64,000 bases of DNA from contig JBBQFP010000008.1 of assembly GCA_038322045.1 (NCBI GenBank), positions 9,622 to 73,621 of the forward strand, given 5' to 3'. Under the pieces are notes generated by a model. It searched no databases and was not told the DNA's origin. It saw only the letters and a program-made list of their open reading frames with translations. Origin of the DNA: Actinomycetes bacterium (GTDB lineage: Bacteria > Actinomycetota > Actinomycetes > JBBQFP01). Below, piece by piece: positions 8,468-16,653 of this stretch. The first letter of the stretch is position 1. The number at the start of each line of letters is the position of its first letter. The position numbers were made by a program, and so were the translations under genes.

Positions 8468-11400
8468 TGGCGCGCAACGCGTACCGCTACCGGCTGCACC
8501 GCGCCGGCATCCTCAACGTCTGGCAGTACGACGAGCAGGTGTTCGAGTTCGCCGACGGACGGCTGCTGCTCCGCGGCACCAACGGTGCGGGCAAGAGCAA
8601 GACCATGGAGATGCTCCTGCCGTTCGTGCTCGACGGGGACAAGGCGCGGATGACCGCGACCGGACGGCAGGGCAGCCAGCTGCTGTGGTTGATGAGCGAC
8701 GGCGCCGCCGCAGCGGGCACCCGCACTGGGTACCTGTGGGTCGAGTTCGCCCGCATCGATGCCGACGGCGCCCAGCACGTCGTCACCTGCGGCATCGGGA
8801 TCCGGCACTCGGCGAGTGCCAGGCAGGCCACCACCTGGCAGTTCACCGTGCCCACCACGGCACCGATGCTGTCCGAACCGGACGGCACTCCGCTGTCAGC
8901 GCCGCGCTGCCGCGAGCTCGTGGACTCCCTTGACGGCAGCAGCTTCGAGTCGCCTCGTGAGTACAAGCAACACGTGGGGCAGCTGCTGTTCGGTCTGGAG
9001 GCGCAGGCGTACGACGACCTGCTGCGACTGCTCTACTGGCTGCGGCAGCCGCAGGTCGGCGAGGACATCGACCCGGCCCGCCTGGTCGCGATGCTGGACG
9101 AGTCGCTGCCTGCGCTCGACGAGGACGCGGTCCGCCAGGTCGGCGAAGCGCTCGACGACCTCGCCGAGCACGGCGAGCGCCTCGACCGGCTTCGGGCGGC
9201 AGCGCAGGCTGTCGCACGTGCGGCCGACCTGTACGCGCGCTACGCGGCAACGCTGCTCCGTGAGCGGGCCGGCGAGGCGCTCAACGCGGAGAAGGAACGC
9301 GCGGTGCGGGCCAGGGCGGTGGGCCAGGAGGCGGCGGCGGTCACCCGGGTCGCCGAGGAGCTTGCCGCAGCCGAGGCCGCGCAGAGCCTGGCCCGTGACG
9401 AGGCAGCGAAGGCCGGGAGCCGGGTGCAGGCGCTCGAGGGCGGGCCGCTGGCACGCAACCAGCAGGTGCTCCGAGAGAAGCAGCGTCGTGCCGAGGAGCT
9501 CACCCACGCCTCCGTCGTGGCGCGGGCCGCGGCGGGGCGTGCGACGGACCGCGCCGAGGACGCCCAGGCACGGGTCACCCGCGGCGCAGGGCAGCTCACC
9601 GACCTCACCGACCAACTCAGTGCCGCCACCACGGAGGCCGGCGGTGAGCTCCGCGCCTGCGCCGTGGACGCTGCCCTGCCGACCGGGCTCCACGGGGTAC
9701 CGCAGGCCGTCGCTCTCAGCGCGGACGTGCCTGCCGTCAGGCAGTCAGTCAGCGCTGCTCGCGCGGCCGTGACCGTCGTGCGCGAGGCCACCCATCAGCT
9801 CGAGCAGGCGACCGCCCGACGTGACGCCGCCGCCCAGCGTGCCGCCGAAGCCGAGGCCCGCGAAGAGCAGGCGGCGGGCCGGCTCGCCGACAGTGAGCGG
9901 GACGCCGCAGGATTCGCGGCAGCCTGGACGGGGGCGGCCGCTCAGTGGCTGTCCGAACGACGCGACCTTGCTCTCGTCCTGCCACATCTGACCCCAGAGG
10001 CCTTGCAGAGGTGGGTTCTCACTGTCCGCGCGGCGGTGTCCCCGCTCGTGGAGCAGCTCCGCGACGAGCAGGCGACAGCGGCCGCGCGCGTCAAAGTGGC
10101 GACCACCTTGACCCGGACCCTTCGCGAACGCAGGGAACAGGTGCTCGCCGAGCGGGACCCGGCGCCTCCCGATGCCCAGCTGCCGAGGCCCGGTCGTGAC
10201 ACGACGAAAGGGACCCCGCTGTGGCGGCTCCTTGACATCAAGCCCGGCCTGGATGGCGCGCCTCTGGAGGCGGCGCTGCAGGCCTCCGGTCTGCTCGACG
10301 CCCAGGTGCTTGCTGACGGATCGGTCCTCGCAGCGGGTGACCTGGACACGGTGCTCATCCCAGCCCTCGGCCGGCAGATCCCCGGGTCAACGCTGGCAGA
10401 CGTGTTCCTCGCAGACCCGCCAGCTGGCAGCCCGGTGTCCGGGGCGACCGTCGTCCGGCTGCTCTCGTCGGTGGCACTCGTCGAGGCGGTTGGCCCGGCT
10501 GACGGTCCGGCGGTCATCGGGCGGGACGGTTCATGGCGCCTCGGTGCGCTGACCGGCCGGGCGGCCAAGCCCACCGCCCAGTACCTCGGAAGCGCAGCGC
10601 GCGCGGCCGAGCGCGCCAGGCGGCTCGCCGAGGTAGACCTGCTGCTCGAGACGGCGCAGGTAGACCTCACGGATGCAGTGACCGCGGCGCAGAAGGCTGC
10701 TCAGGAGATCGTCCGTACGCAGGACTGGAATGATCGGTTGCCCGCGTGGGAGGAGTTGCGGGTCGCCTGGGTCCGCATCGACGAGCGCAGCGCTGAGCGC
10801 GACCGGGCACAGGCCGAGGCGGGACGTCAGGCCCGGGTGCTCGCCGCCGCGACCGAGGAGTTCGCGCGGCGCACCGAGGAGCAGCGGCGGCTCTGCGCCC
10901 AGCACGACCTGCCCTCAAACCGAGCGGCACTCGAGGCGCGGGGCACCGAGCTAGCGCGGCTGGATCACCGGCTGCAGTCGCTCGGCGAGCAGGGCGAGCG
11001 TCTCCTGGTCGCGGCACGGCGGTGGGAGGAGGACAACGAAGCGGCTGAGCGGGATCAGGATGACGCACAGCTCGCCGACGTAGAGGCGAAGACCGCCACT
11101 CGGGTCGGGGAAGCTGCCGCGGGAGAGTCGAAGGCGTTGCTCGACACCCTGGGCGTCGAGGTGCAGCGGATGCAGGCCGAGCTCGACGTCGCCGCACGTG
11201 AGGCAAGTCGGGCCCGGCAGGCGCAGGAGCAGGCGGCCAAGCGGGTACTCGAGCTCACGGGCACCGCGGGGGAGCACCACGCGCGGCTCGAAGCCGCACG
11301 CCAACGGCTCGCCGACGCGCTTCCTGACGTCGCCGCCCGCTTCGGGGCAGCCGCGGCTCTGCGTGCTGTGCCTGGTCTGGTCGAGGCAGGCCTGGGACGG

Positions 11401-12462
11401 CCGCTGGAGGAGGGCGAGGCCCTGGGGCTCGACGGGCTCGACGTCATTCCCGCCCCGCGGGCGGCCCTGCAGGTCCTCAGCGGCTGGGCGGACCTGTCGA
11501 TCGACAGGCCGGTCGACGCGAATGCCGTTCACGCCGAGGTGCGCTCCCTCGCCATCGGGCCTGCCGCGGACGCCGAGCCGCGGGTCGTGCCGGTCGGCGA
11601 GGCGCTGTCGGTGCTCGGGCGGGACACCGCCGGTGCCGAAAGGCCGCTGGCCGATGTGTCTGTGAGGATGGCGGGTGAGGTGACCCGCGAGCAGGAGCTG
11701 CTCACCGAGAGGGAACGGACGCTGTTCGAAGAGCACCTGCTCGGCGAGCTGGGGGATGCGCTGCGTGCCCGCCGTCACGAGGCAACCGACCTGGTCAAGG
11801 GCATGAACGAGCTGCTCGCCGACGTCCGCACCTCACAGGGGATCCGGGTGCGTCTGGACTGGGCCTTGCGCGATGACGTCGGCGCCGATGTCCGCGAAGC
11901 GGTGGCGCTGCTCGGCAGGGCCCGCGGCTCGCTCACCCCCGACGAGTCAGACCGCCTTCGCGACGCCCTCGGGGGATTGATCGAGGTGCAGCGCGCAGCA
12001 GAGCCCGAACGGGGCTACGCCGAGCACTTGGCCCGCGCGCTGGACTACCGGCGCTGGTCCGCGTTCGCGGTCCGCCTTCACCGGCCAGGTGCGGAGACCT
12101 GGACCACCTTGACCCGTCGTACCCCGCTCTCCCAAGGCGAGCAGAAGGTCGTCTGTTACCTGCCGCTCTTTGCGGCGGCCGCGGCGCACTTCACCTCCGT
12201 CGCGGGGGCAGCTCCCCATGCCCCCAGGCTCATCCTGCTCGACGACGCCTTCCCGAAGATCGACGTGCGCACGCACCCGCTGCTGTTCGGGTTGCTCGTC
12301 GACCTTGACCTGGATTTCGTGCTGACCAGCGAGCGCCTGTGGGGCGACCACGCGACGGTCCCGTCGCTGGCGGTGTACGAGGCGCTGCGCGCACCGGGTG
12401 AGCGGGGGATCGCGCAGTACCGGTACACCTGGGACGGCCGCACCTTGGTCGCTGTTGGATGA
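8467..12462 (+). CDS. jetC: Wadjet JetC, SMC/MukB-like ABC ATPase with long coiled coil
   Basis: 1331 aa. N-terminal Walker A (LLLRGTNGAGKSKTMEML). About 900 aa of Ala/Glu/Arg-rich coiled coil. C-terminal SQGEQKVVCYLPLFAAAAA signature-like motif and Walker B PRLILLDDAFPKID. Confidence 0.9.
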   Translation: MARNAYRYRLHRAGILNVWQYDEQVFEFADGRLLLRGTNGAGKSKTMEMLLPFVLDGDKARMTATGRQGSQLLWLMSDGAAAAGTRTGYLWVEFARIDADGAQHVVTCGIGIRHSASARQATTWQFTVPTTAPMLSEPDGTPLSAPRCRELVDSLDGSSFESPREYKQHVGQLLFGLEAQAYDDLLRLLYWLRQPQVGEDIDPARLVAMLDESLPALDEDAVRQVGEALDDLAEHGERLDRLRAAAQAVARAADLYARYAATLLRERAGEALNAEKERAVRARAVGQEAAAVTRVAEELAAAEAAQSLARDEAAKAGSRVQALEGGPLARNQQVLREKQRRAEELTHASVVARAAAGRATDRAEDAQARVTRGAGQLTDLTDQLSAATTEAGGELRACAVDAALPTGLHGVPQAVALSADVPAVRQSVSAARAAVTVVREATHQLEQATARRDAAAQRAAEAEAREEQAAGRLADSERDAAGFAAAWTGAAAQWLSERRDLALVLPHLTPEALQRWVLTVRAAVSPLVEQLRDEQATAAARVKVATTLTRTLRERREQVLAERDPAPPDAQLPRPGRDTTKGTPLWRLLDIKPGLDGAPLEAALQASGLLDAQVLADGSVLAAGDLDTVLIPALGRQIPGSTLADVFLADPPAGSPVSGATVVRLLSSVALVEAVGPADGPAVIGRDGSWRLGALTGRAAKPTAQYLGSAARAAERARRLAEVDLLLETAQVDLTDAVTAAQKAAQEIVRTQDWNDRLPAWEELRVAWVRIDERSAERDRAQAEAGRQARVLAAATEEFARRTEEQRRLCAQHDLPSNRAALEARGTELARLDHRLQSLGEQGERLLVAARRWEEDNEAAERDQDDAQLADVEAKTATRVGEAAAGESKALLDTLGVEVQRMQAELDVAAREASRARQAQEQAAKRVLELTGTAGEHHARLEAARQRLADALPDVAARFGAAAALRAVPGLVEAGLGRPLEEGEALGLDGLDVIPAPRAALQVLSGWADLSIDRPVDANAVHAEVRSLAIGPAADAEPRVVPVGEALSVLGRDTAGAERPLADVSVRMAGEVTREQELLTERERTLFEEHLLGELGDALRARRHEATDLVKGMNELLADVRTSQGIRVRLDWALRDDVGADVREAVALLGRARGSLTPDESDRLRDALGGLIEVQRAAEPERGYAEHLARALDYRRWSAFAVRLHRPGAETWTTLTRRTPLSQGEQKVVCYLPLFAAAAAHFTSVAGAAPHAPRLILLDDAFPKIDVRTHPLLFGLLVDLDLDFVLTSERLWGDHATVPSLAVYEALRAPGERGIAQYRYTWDGRTLVAVG

Positions 12463-13601
12463 CCCTGCCCTCATGGCTTGCGGATCCATTGCTGGAGCCG
12501 GTGTGGCGCCGACTTCGGGCACCTGTGGAACGCGGGGCGAGGACGACCCGACTCGCGGGGCTGGACCGACCGACGCGGCATGCTCTGTCAGCTCTGCTGG
12601 GTCGCCCGGTCACCGGTGATTTCACCGTGGTGCTGAACGACTTGGAGGCTCTGCTGGAAGCACGGGCGGGGATCGGCCTCGCGGAGGTGGTCGAGGCCGC
12701 GACCGGTCCGTTGCGGGACCGCGCCGCCGAACGGGCCGCGAGACTGGCGCCGCTCTCAGCTCTGTCCGCGGTCGATCCGGAGTGGGCGCGGCGGGTGCGC
12801 AGCAGCGGGATCCTCACACGGGTTGTCGACCCCATAGGCCTTGTGTTGCAGGCGATCGCGATCCGGGAGCAGCTTCCCGGGGACCTCCGGCTTCGGACCG
12901 AGCTCGCGGCCTCGGTGACTGGTGACGCACACGCACTGGACGAAGGACGACCATTGGCGGGGCTGGTCCTCCGGGGTCTGCTGGAGACGCTGCCGGCCAC
13001 GAGCGGGGAACGGCGAGCCGTATGGGAATCGTTCGGCGTCCTGTCCGACACGGTGTCGACGTCCGTGCTCACCTTGGGACTGCGACCTCGAGCAGGCGGT
13101 GCGCGCGAGCGGGCACTGTGCGCAGCGGCCGAGGTCGGCGACCCAGTGCCCGTGACGCCTTGGACGCTTCGCAGGATGGGTTCTGACCTGGGAGTCGGCG
13201 CGGTGCTGGTCGTCGAGAACCCCTCAGTCCTGGAGGCCTTTGCCGGACGACATGGTGGGCGGTTCCCGGTGGTGTGCACGTCAGGATGGCCGTCCCTCGT
13301 CGCGGTCGATCTGCTCCGCAGGCTCGCAGGGCCGCTGAGCTACCACGGTGACTTCGACTGGCGGGGCGTGGAGATCTGCGGCTGGTTGCAGCAACAGGTC
13401 GGCGTCGTGCCCTGGCGGATGACTGTGGAGGATTACCGGGACGCCCCGGGCGGCGCCCCACTGGAGGGCAGGAGTGTGTCAACGCCTTGGGAACCCATGC
13501 TTGCGGAGGCGATGGCGCAGCGGGGGCTGGCCGTGCACGAGGAGCAAGTGGTTGGGTCACTGCTCGACGGCTGGATGAACGAGGCTGGGCCAACCGCCTG
13601 A
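12459..13601 (+). CDS. jetD: Wadjet JetD, Toprim-like nuclease subunit (DUF2399/TIGR02679-like)
   Basis: 380 aa with an ATGA overlap with jetC. The C-terminal LVVENPSVLEAF ... YHGDFDWRGVEI resembles the Toprim-type motifs of JetD/MksG. Confidence 0.85.
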   Translation: MTLPSWLADPLLEPVWRRLRAPVERGARTTRLAGLDRPTRHALSALLGRPVTGDFTVVLNDLEALLEARAGIGLAEVVEAATGPLRDRAAERAARLAPLSALSAVDPEWARRVRSSGILTRVVDPIGLVLQAIAIREQLPGDLRLRTELAASVTGDAHALDEGRPLAGLVLRGLLETLPATSGERRAVWESFGVLSDTVSTSVLTLGLRPRAGGARERALCAAAEVGDPVPVTPWTLRRMGSDLGVGAVLVVENPSVLEAFAGRHGGRFPVVCTSGWPSLVAVDLLRRLAGPLSYHGDFDWRGVEICGWLQQQVGVVPWRMTVEDYRDAPGGAPLEGRSVSTPWEPMLAEAMAQRGLAVHEEQVVGSLLDGWMNEAGPTA

Positions 13602-13747
13602 TGGTCACCCACCGGCTCGGCGGGTGCGGGTGATCTCTGGGTCGTTGTCCAAGCGGATGCGCCTGCTCGCACTTCTCGGCATGCGACCCCAGATCACCAA
13701 CGCCGACTGGGCCACTACTAGACAATGACAGGTACTGGGCATAGTGT

Positions 13748-14119
13748 GTGCACGTGACCCCGACGCATGACCCTCAACAGCTCAAGGGTGTCTTGTCGAT
13801 GCTGATCCTGCGCCTGCTGGCCGATCGCGAGTCCTACGGCTACGAGCTCGTCCAGCGGCTTCACGACGTGGGCCTCGCCGGCATCAGCGACGGCAGCGTC
13901 TACCCTGCGCTGGCCCGGCTTGAGCGCGAAGGACTCATCGGCTCCCGCCTCGTCGCGTCGACGTCGGGGCCGGCCCGCAAGTACTACCGCCCGACACCCG
14001 ACGGCTACGCCGCCTTGCACGAGCTGACCGGGAGCTGGCTCGCGCTGGCCGACATGGTCACGCCGGTCGTGACCGGTTCCGTCCCCGCCCACCCCGCTGC
14101 TGTCTCAGAGGAGCACTGA
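13748..14119 (+). CDS. PadR-family transcriptional regulator
   Basis: LKGVLSMLILRLLADRESYGYELVQRL ... GSVYPALARLEREGLI ... ARKYYRPTPDG is the classic PadR winged-helix signature. Confidence 0.85.
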   Translation: MHVTPTHDPQQLKGVLSMLILRLLADRESYGYELVQRLHDVGLAGISDGSVYPALARLEREGLIGSRLVASTSGPARKYYRPTPDGYAALHELTGSWLALADMVTPVVTGSVPAHPAAVSEEH

Positions 14120-14120
14120 C

Positions 14121-14683
14121 ATGTCCCGAACCGTCTCGACCTGGGACCGACTCCGTATCGAGCGGGCAGTCTGGAGCCTCGATGGCCGACTGCAGGACCT
14201 TCCCCGGAAGTCCCGCGTGGAGAAGAGGCGCGAGCTGCGCGCCAACCTGATCGACGCCACCGCCGATGTCGGTGCGCCCGAAGCGCTGCGCCGCGTGGGC
14301 AGCATCTCGCGGCTGCGGGTGAGTACCTCTCGGGCGAGTACGGCCACTGGACGAGGCGGCCCCATTGGACCGCGATGGTTGCCTGGCTCCTGCTGGGCTA
14401 CCTCGCACTGACGCTGCTCCTCGACGTCACGACCAACGCGTTCGCCGACGGTGTCCTCGCGGTCAATCCGCAGCTGAACGGCATCTCCGTGTGGGACGGC
14501 ATCACGCATGTGCTCGCGCCGGTCAGGGTGACGTTCTCCGAAGGTGAGGTCATCGGCCAGGTCGGCGGGGCGTGGGAACCGCTGGTGTACGTCGTCTATC
14601 TCGGCGGTGCGCTGCTCGTCGGTCGAGTCTGGCGCGCCTGGCCGGCGTGGCGAACCAATCTGCAGGAGCAGCACGTCAACTGA
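14121..14683 (+). pseudogene. PadR-associated membrane protein (DUF1700-like N-terminal helical domain plus TM region), apparently frameshifted near 14300-14310
   Basis: Frame A (14121-14411) reads ...KRRELRANLIDATADVGAPEALRRVGSIS and then degenerates. Frame B is open from about 14240 with no start codon until 14375. It reads LAAAGEYLSGEYGHWTRRPHWTAMVAWLLLGYLALTLLL..., a natural continuation. Confidence 0.5.
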
Positions 14684-14763
14684 CGATCCATCGCCCGGAC
14701 TGCCCCGACCAATGCGCGACGGTCGTCCGCGAGGTTCCCGAGTCGACGGGGGTGGGTGCCTGT

Positions 14764-15087
14764 TCAGCTCAGGCACCGGGGACGACAAGACCAGCCTCGT
14801 ACGCCGCGATGACTGCTTGAGTTCGGTCGCGCACCCCGAGTTCGGTCGCGCACCCCGAGTTTGGTGAGCACAGCGGTGACGTGTGACTTGACGGTCTCGC
14901 GACTCACGACCATGGACGCCGCAATCTCGTCGTTGGAGCAGCCCTGTGCCAGGAGCACGAGAGCCTCCCGTTCGCGCGTGGTCAGGGCGGCAACGCGAAG
15001 CGCCGAGGCCGCATCGATTCGTGCCGCTGAAGCGACAAGCTCACGGGTGGACTCGGGGACGACGAGCGAGTCACTGTCCGCGACCAC
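14764..15087 (-). CDS. Small LuxR-type HTH protein whose C-terminal helix is replaced after a 19-bp tandem duplication
   Basis: TTREREALVLLAQGCSNDEIAASMVVSRETVKSHVTAVLTKLGVRDRT is a LuxR/GerE HTH. After the duplication the frame reads RGARPNSSSHRGV.... Removing one repeat copy restores ...KLGVRDRTQAVIAAYEAGLVVPGA*. Confidence 0.7.
   Translation of the reverse strand: MVADSDSLVVPESTRELVASAARIDAASALRVAALTTREREALVLLAQGCSNDEIAASMVVSRETVKSHVTAVLTKLGVRDRTRGARPNSSSHRGVRGWSCRPRCLS
14819..14861. repeat. 19-bp tandem duplication (about 2.3 copies of GTTCGGTCGCGCACCCCGA) inside the LuxR gene
   Basis: Read directly from the sequence: units at 14821-14839 and 14840-14858, flanked by partial copies. Confidence 0.9.
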
Positions 15088-15329
15088 TGGTGCCGAAGTC
15101 GATACCGGCTCGGTCCAGCCCCTCGGAGATCGTCGCGTCGGCGCCAGTCAGCAGGAAGGCGACCCCGAGGACGATCTCGAGCGCGACGGCAATGAGCCAG
15201 TACTTCAGAACGGGCCGGCGAGGAAGCCTGACCTCGGCTGACTCGGCGGAGTGGGAAGGCTCGGGCGTTGGTCTGGACACCCCCCAACCGTGGAGCACGC
15301 GAGCGCGTTCCACATCGCGCAGTAGAGCG

Positions 15330-15540
15330 ATACCCAGCTCCCCCGGCTGGGGGATCGCCCTCAGCGTTGACGATCTTCGCGCGCTTCTCCCGCTTGGCTT
15401 CGGCCTGTCGGGCCGTCGCCCGCGTCAGTGCAGCACGTCGACGAACGGGATGATCAGGCGCGGAACCGGCCCCCGCTCCGCGACCACACGGCCGGAGTCG
15501 GTCGGGATGACGCCCCGTGCAACCGTGGGCCCGATCAACC
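15330..15540 (-). pseudogene. Remnants of an SPFH/band-7 (stomatin/QmcA-like) gene
   Basis: One reverse frame gives ...VIPTDSGRVVAERGPVPRLIIPFVDVLH* (SPFH N-terminal-like). A second frame, at 15354-15428, gives LTRATARQAEAKREKRAKIVNAEGD (the conserved SPFH C-terminal helix). The two pieces are out of frame and most of the domain is missing. Confidence 0.4.
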
Positions 15541-15771
15541 CGAAAGCGGCTGACGTCCAGCCGAGGTGTTTCGCAGCCGCAGGGTACGACGCACCGCGGC
15601 AGCGACAAGGATCGAGACGTAGCCGCGTACTTTGGCTCGGTCGTAGCGGCTGTTGGCGTTGTCCACGAGCGTGTGGATCTCGCTGGCGGATACCCGGGGG
15701 AACTCAGCGACGAGGTCTCGCTCGGTGTCTGCCAGCTGTCGGGCCGGGTCGATGTCGGTCAGTGAGGCCAT
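15535..15771 (-). CDS. Small hypothetical protein (three-helix-bundle dimerisation-domain-like)
   Basis: 78-aa ORF. ERDLVAEFPRVSASEIHTLVDNANSRYDRAKVRGYVSILVAAAVRRTL resembles small actinobacterial helical proteins. No stronger evidence. Confidence 0.45.
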   Translation of the reverse strand: MASLTDIDPARQLADTERDLVAEFPRVSASEIHTLVDNANSRYDRAKVRGYVSILVAAAVRRTLRLRNTSAGRQPLSG

Positions 15772-15958
15772 GTCATGAGCATGTCACCTTCCGGCGGCTG
15801 CGCATCGCGTTCGAGTGCCTGAAAGCATGGCTGCGATGGCGCAATCCCTTTGGAGGACAGGGTATTCCGTGACCGGGATGGCGGCGGTGACTCAGACCTG
15901 TTGTTCCGATGTTCATGTTGATCTCCTCCGACGTCCCGAGGAGGCCCGCGGATCGAGC

Positions 15959-16594
15959 TCAGGCTGGGCGGAGTACGGCGATGATGATGTTGCCACCTGC
16001 GATGGGGCGGGACATGTCGGTGGCCAGGCCGGCCGTGCTGACGAGCGGGTCGAGCCCGCTGGCCCGCAGGTAGTCCATCGAGTTGCGGGCATGATTCGGG
16101 CCGGCGGCCATCTCGGCGACCGCAGTGAGCCCGCGAGTGAGCCAGCCACGGGGTCCGTGGATCGGACCGGTCCCGAAGTCGGTCACGAGGATCCGGCCCG
16201 TCGGGGCCAGGACCCGCGCGGACTCGCGGAGCAGGCCGATCGCGGTCGGCCGATCCACGGAATGCAGCACGAGCGAGATCAGCACCAGATCGGCGACGCC
16301 GTCGTCGAACGGCACGCGCTCACCGTCGGTCTGGCGCAGGTCCGCGGACGGACCCAGTCGGGAGCGCGCCTGCCTGAGCATTGCTGGTGATGCGTCGGCC
16401 CCGAGCACTCGGCAGCCGGCGTCGCGGTAGTCCGCGAGTGCCGCGCCCGTCCCGCAGCCGATGTCGAGCACCACCGAACTCGGTGGCACTGGATGCAGGC
16501 GTCGGGCTATCTCTCGAAGTGGCGCGGTGAACGGCTCAAGCACAAGGTCGTAGACCCGGGCGGACAGCCCGTAGCCGTCCGATAGCACAAGCAT
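15959..16594 (-). CDS. Class I SAM-dependent methyltransferase
   Basis: Motif I VLDIGCGTGAALADY, the post-I acidic residue, and LVLISLVLHSV. Lies 59 nt downstream of the MBL-rhodanese gene on the same strand. Confidence 0.8.
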   Translation of the reverse strand: MLVLSDGYGLSARVYDLVLEPFTAPLREIARRLHPVPPSSVVLDIGCGTGAALADYRDAGCRVLGADASPAMLRQARSRLGPSADLRQTDGERVPFDDGVADLVLISLVLHSVDRPTAIGLLRESARVLAPTGRILVTDFGTGPIHGPRGWLTRGLTAVAEMAAGPNHARNSMDYLRASGLDPLVSTAGLATDMSRPIAGGNIIIAVLRPA

Positions 16595-16653
16595 CTACCT
16601 CCTCCGTCGCGTTGGTGGGACGACGCGACCGCAACGACTGGTCGGCGTGCGCT

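Noticed and set aside
15071-15313. 80-aa minus-strand ORF with one hydrophobic helix (YWLIAVALEIVLGVAFLL), overlapping the LuxR start by 17 nt.
   Set aside because: It could be a real small membrane protein, or the decayed 3' continuation of the SPFH pseudogene, since the preceding in-frame residues read ...PGELGIALLRDVERA. I cannot distinguish these from sequence alone, so it is not listed as a feature.
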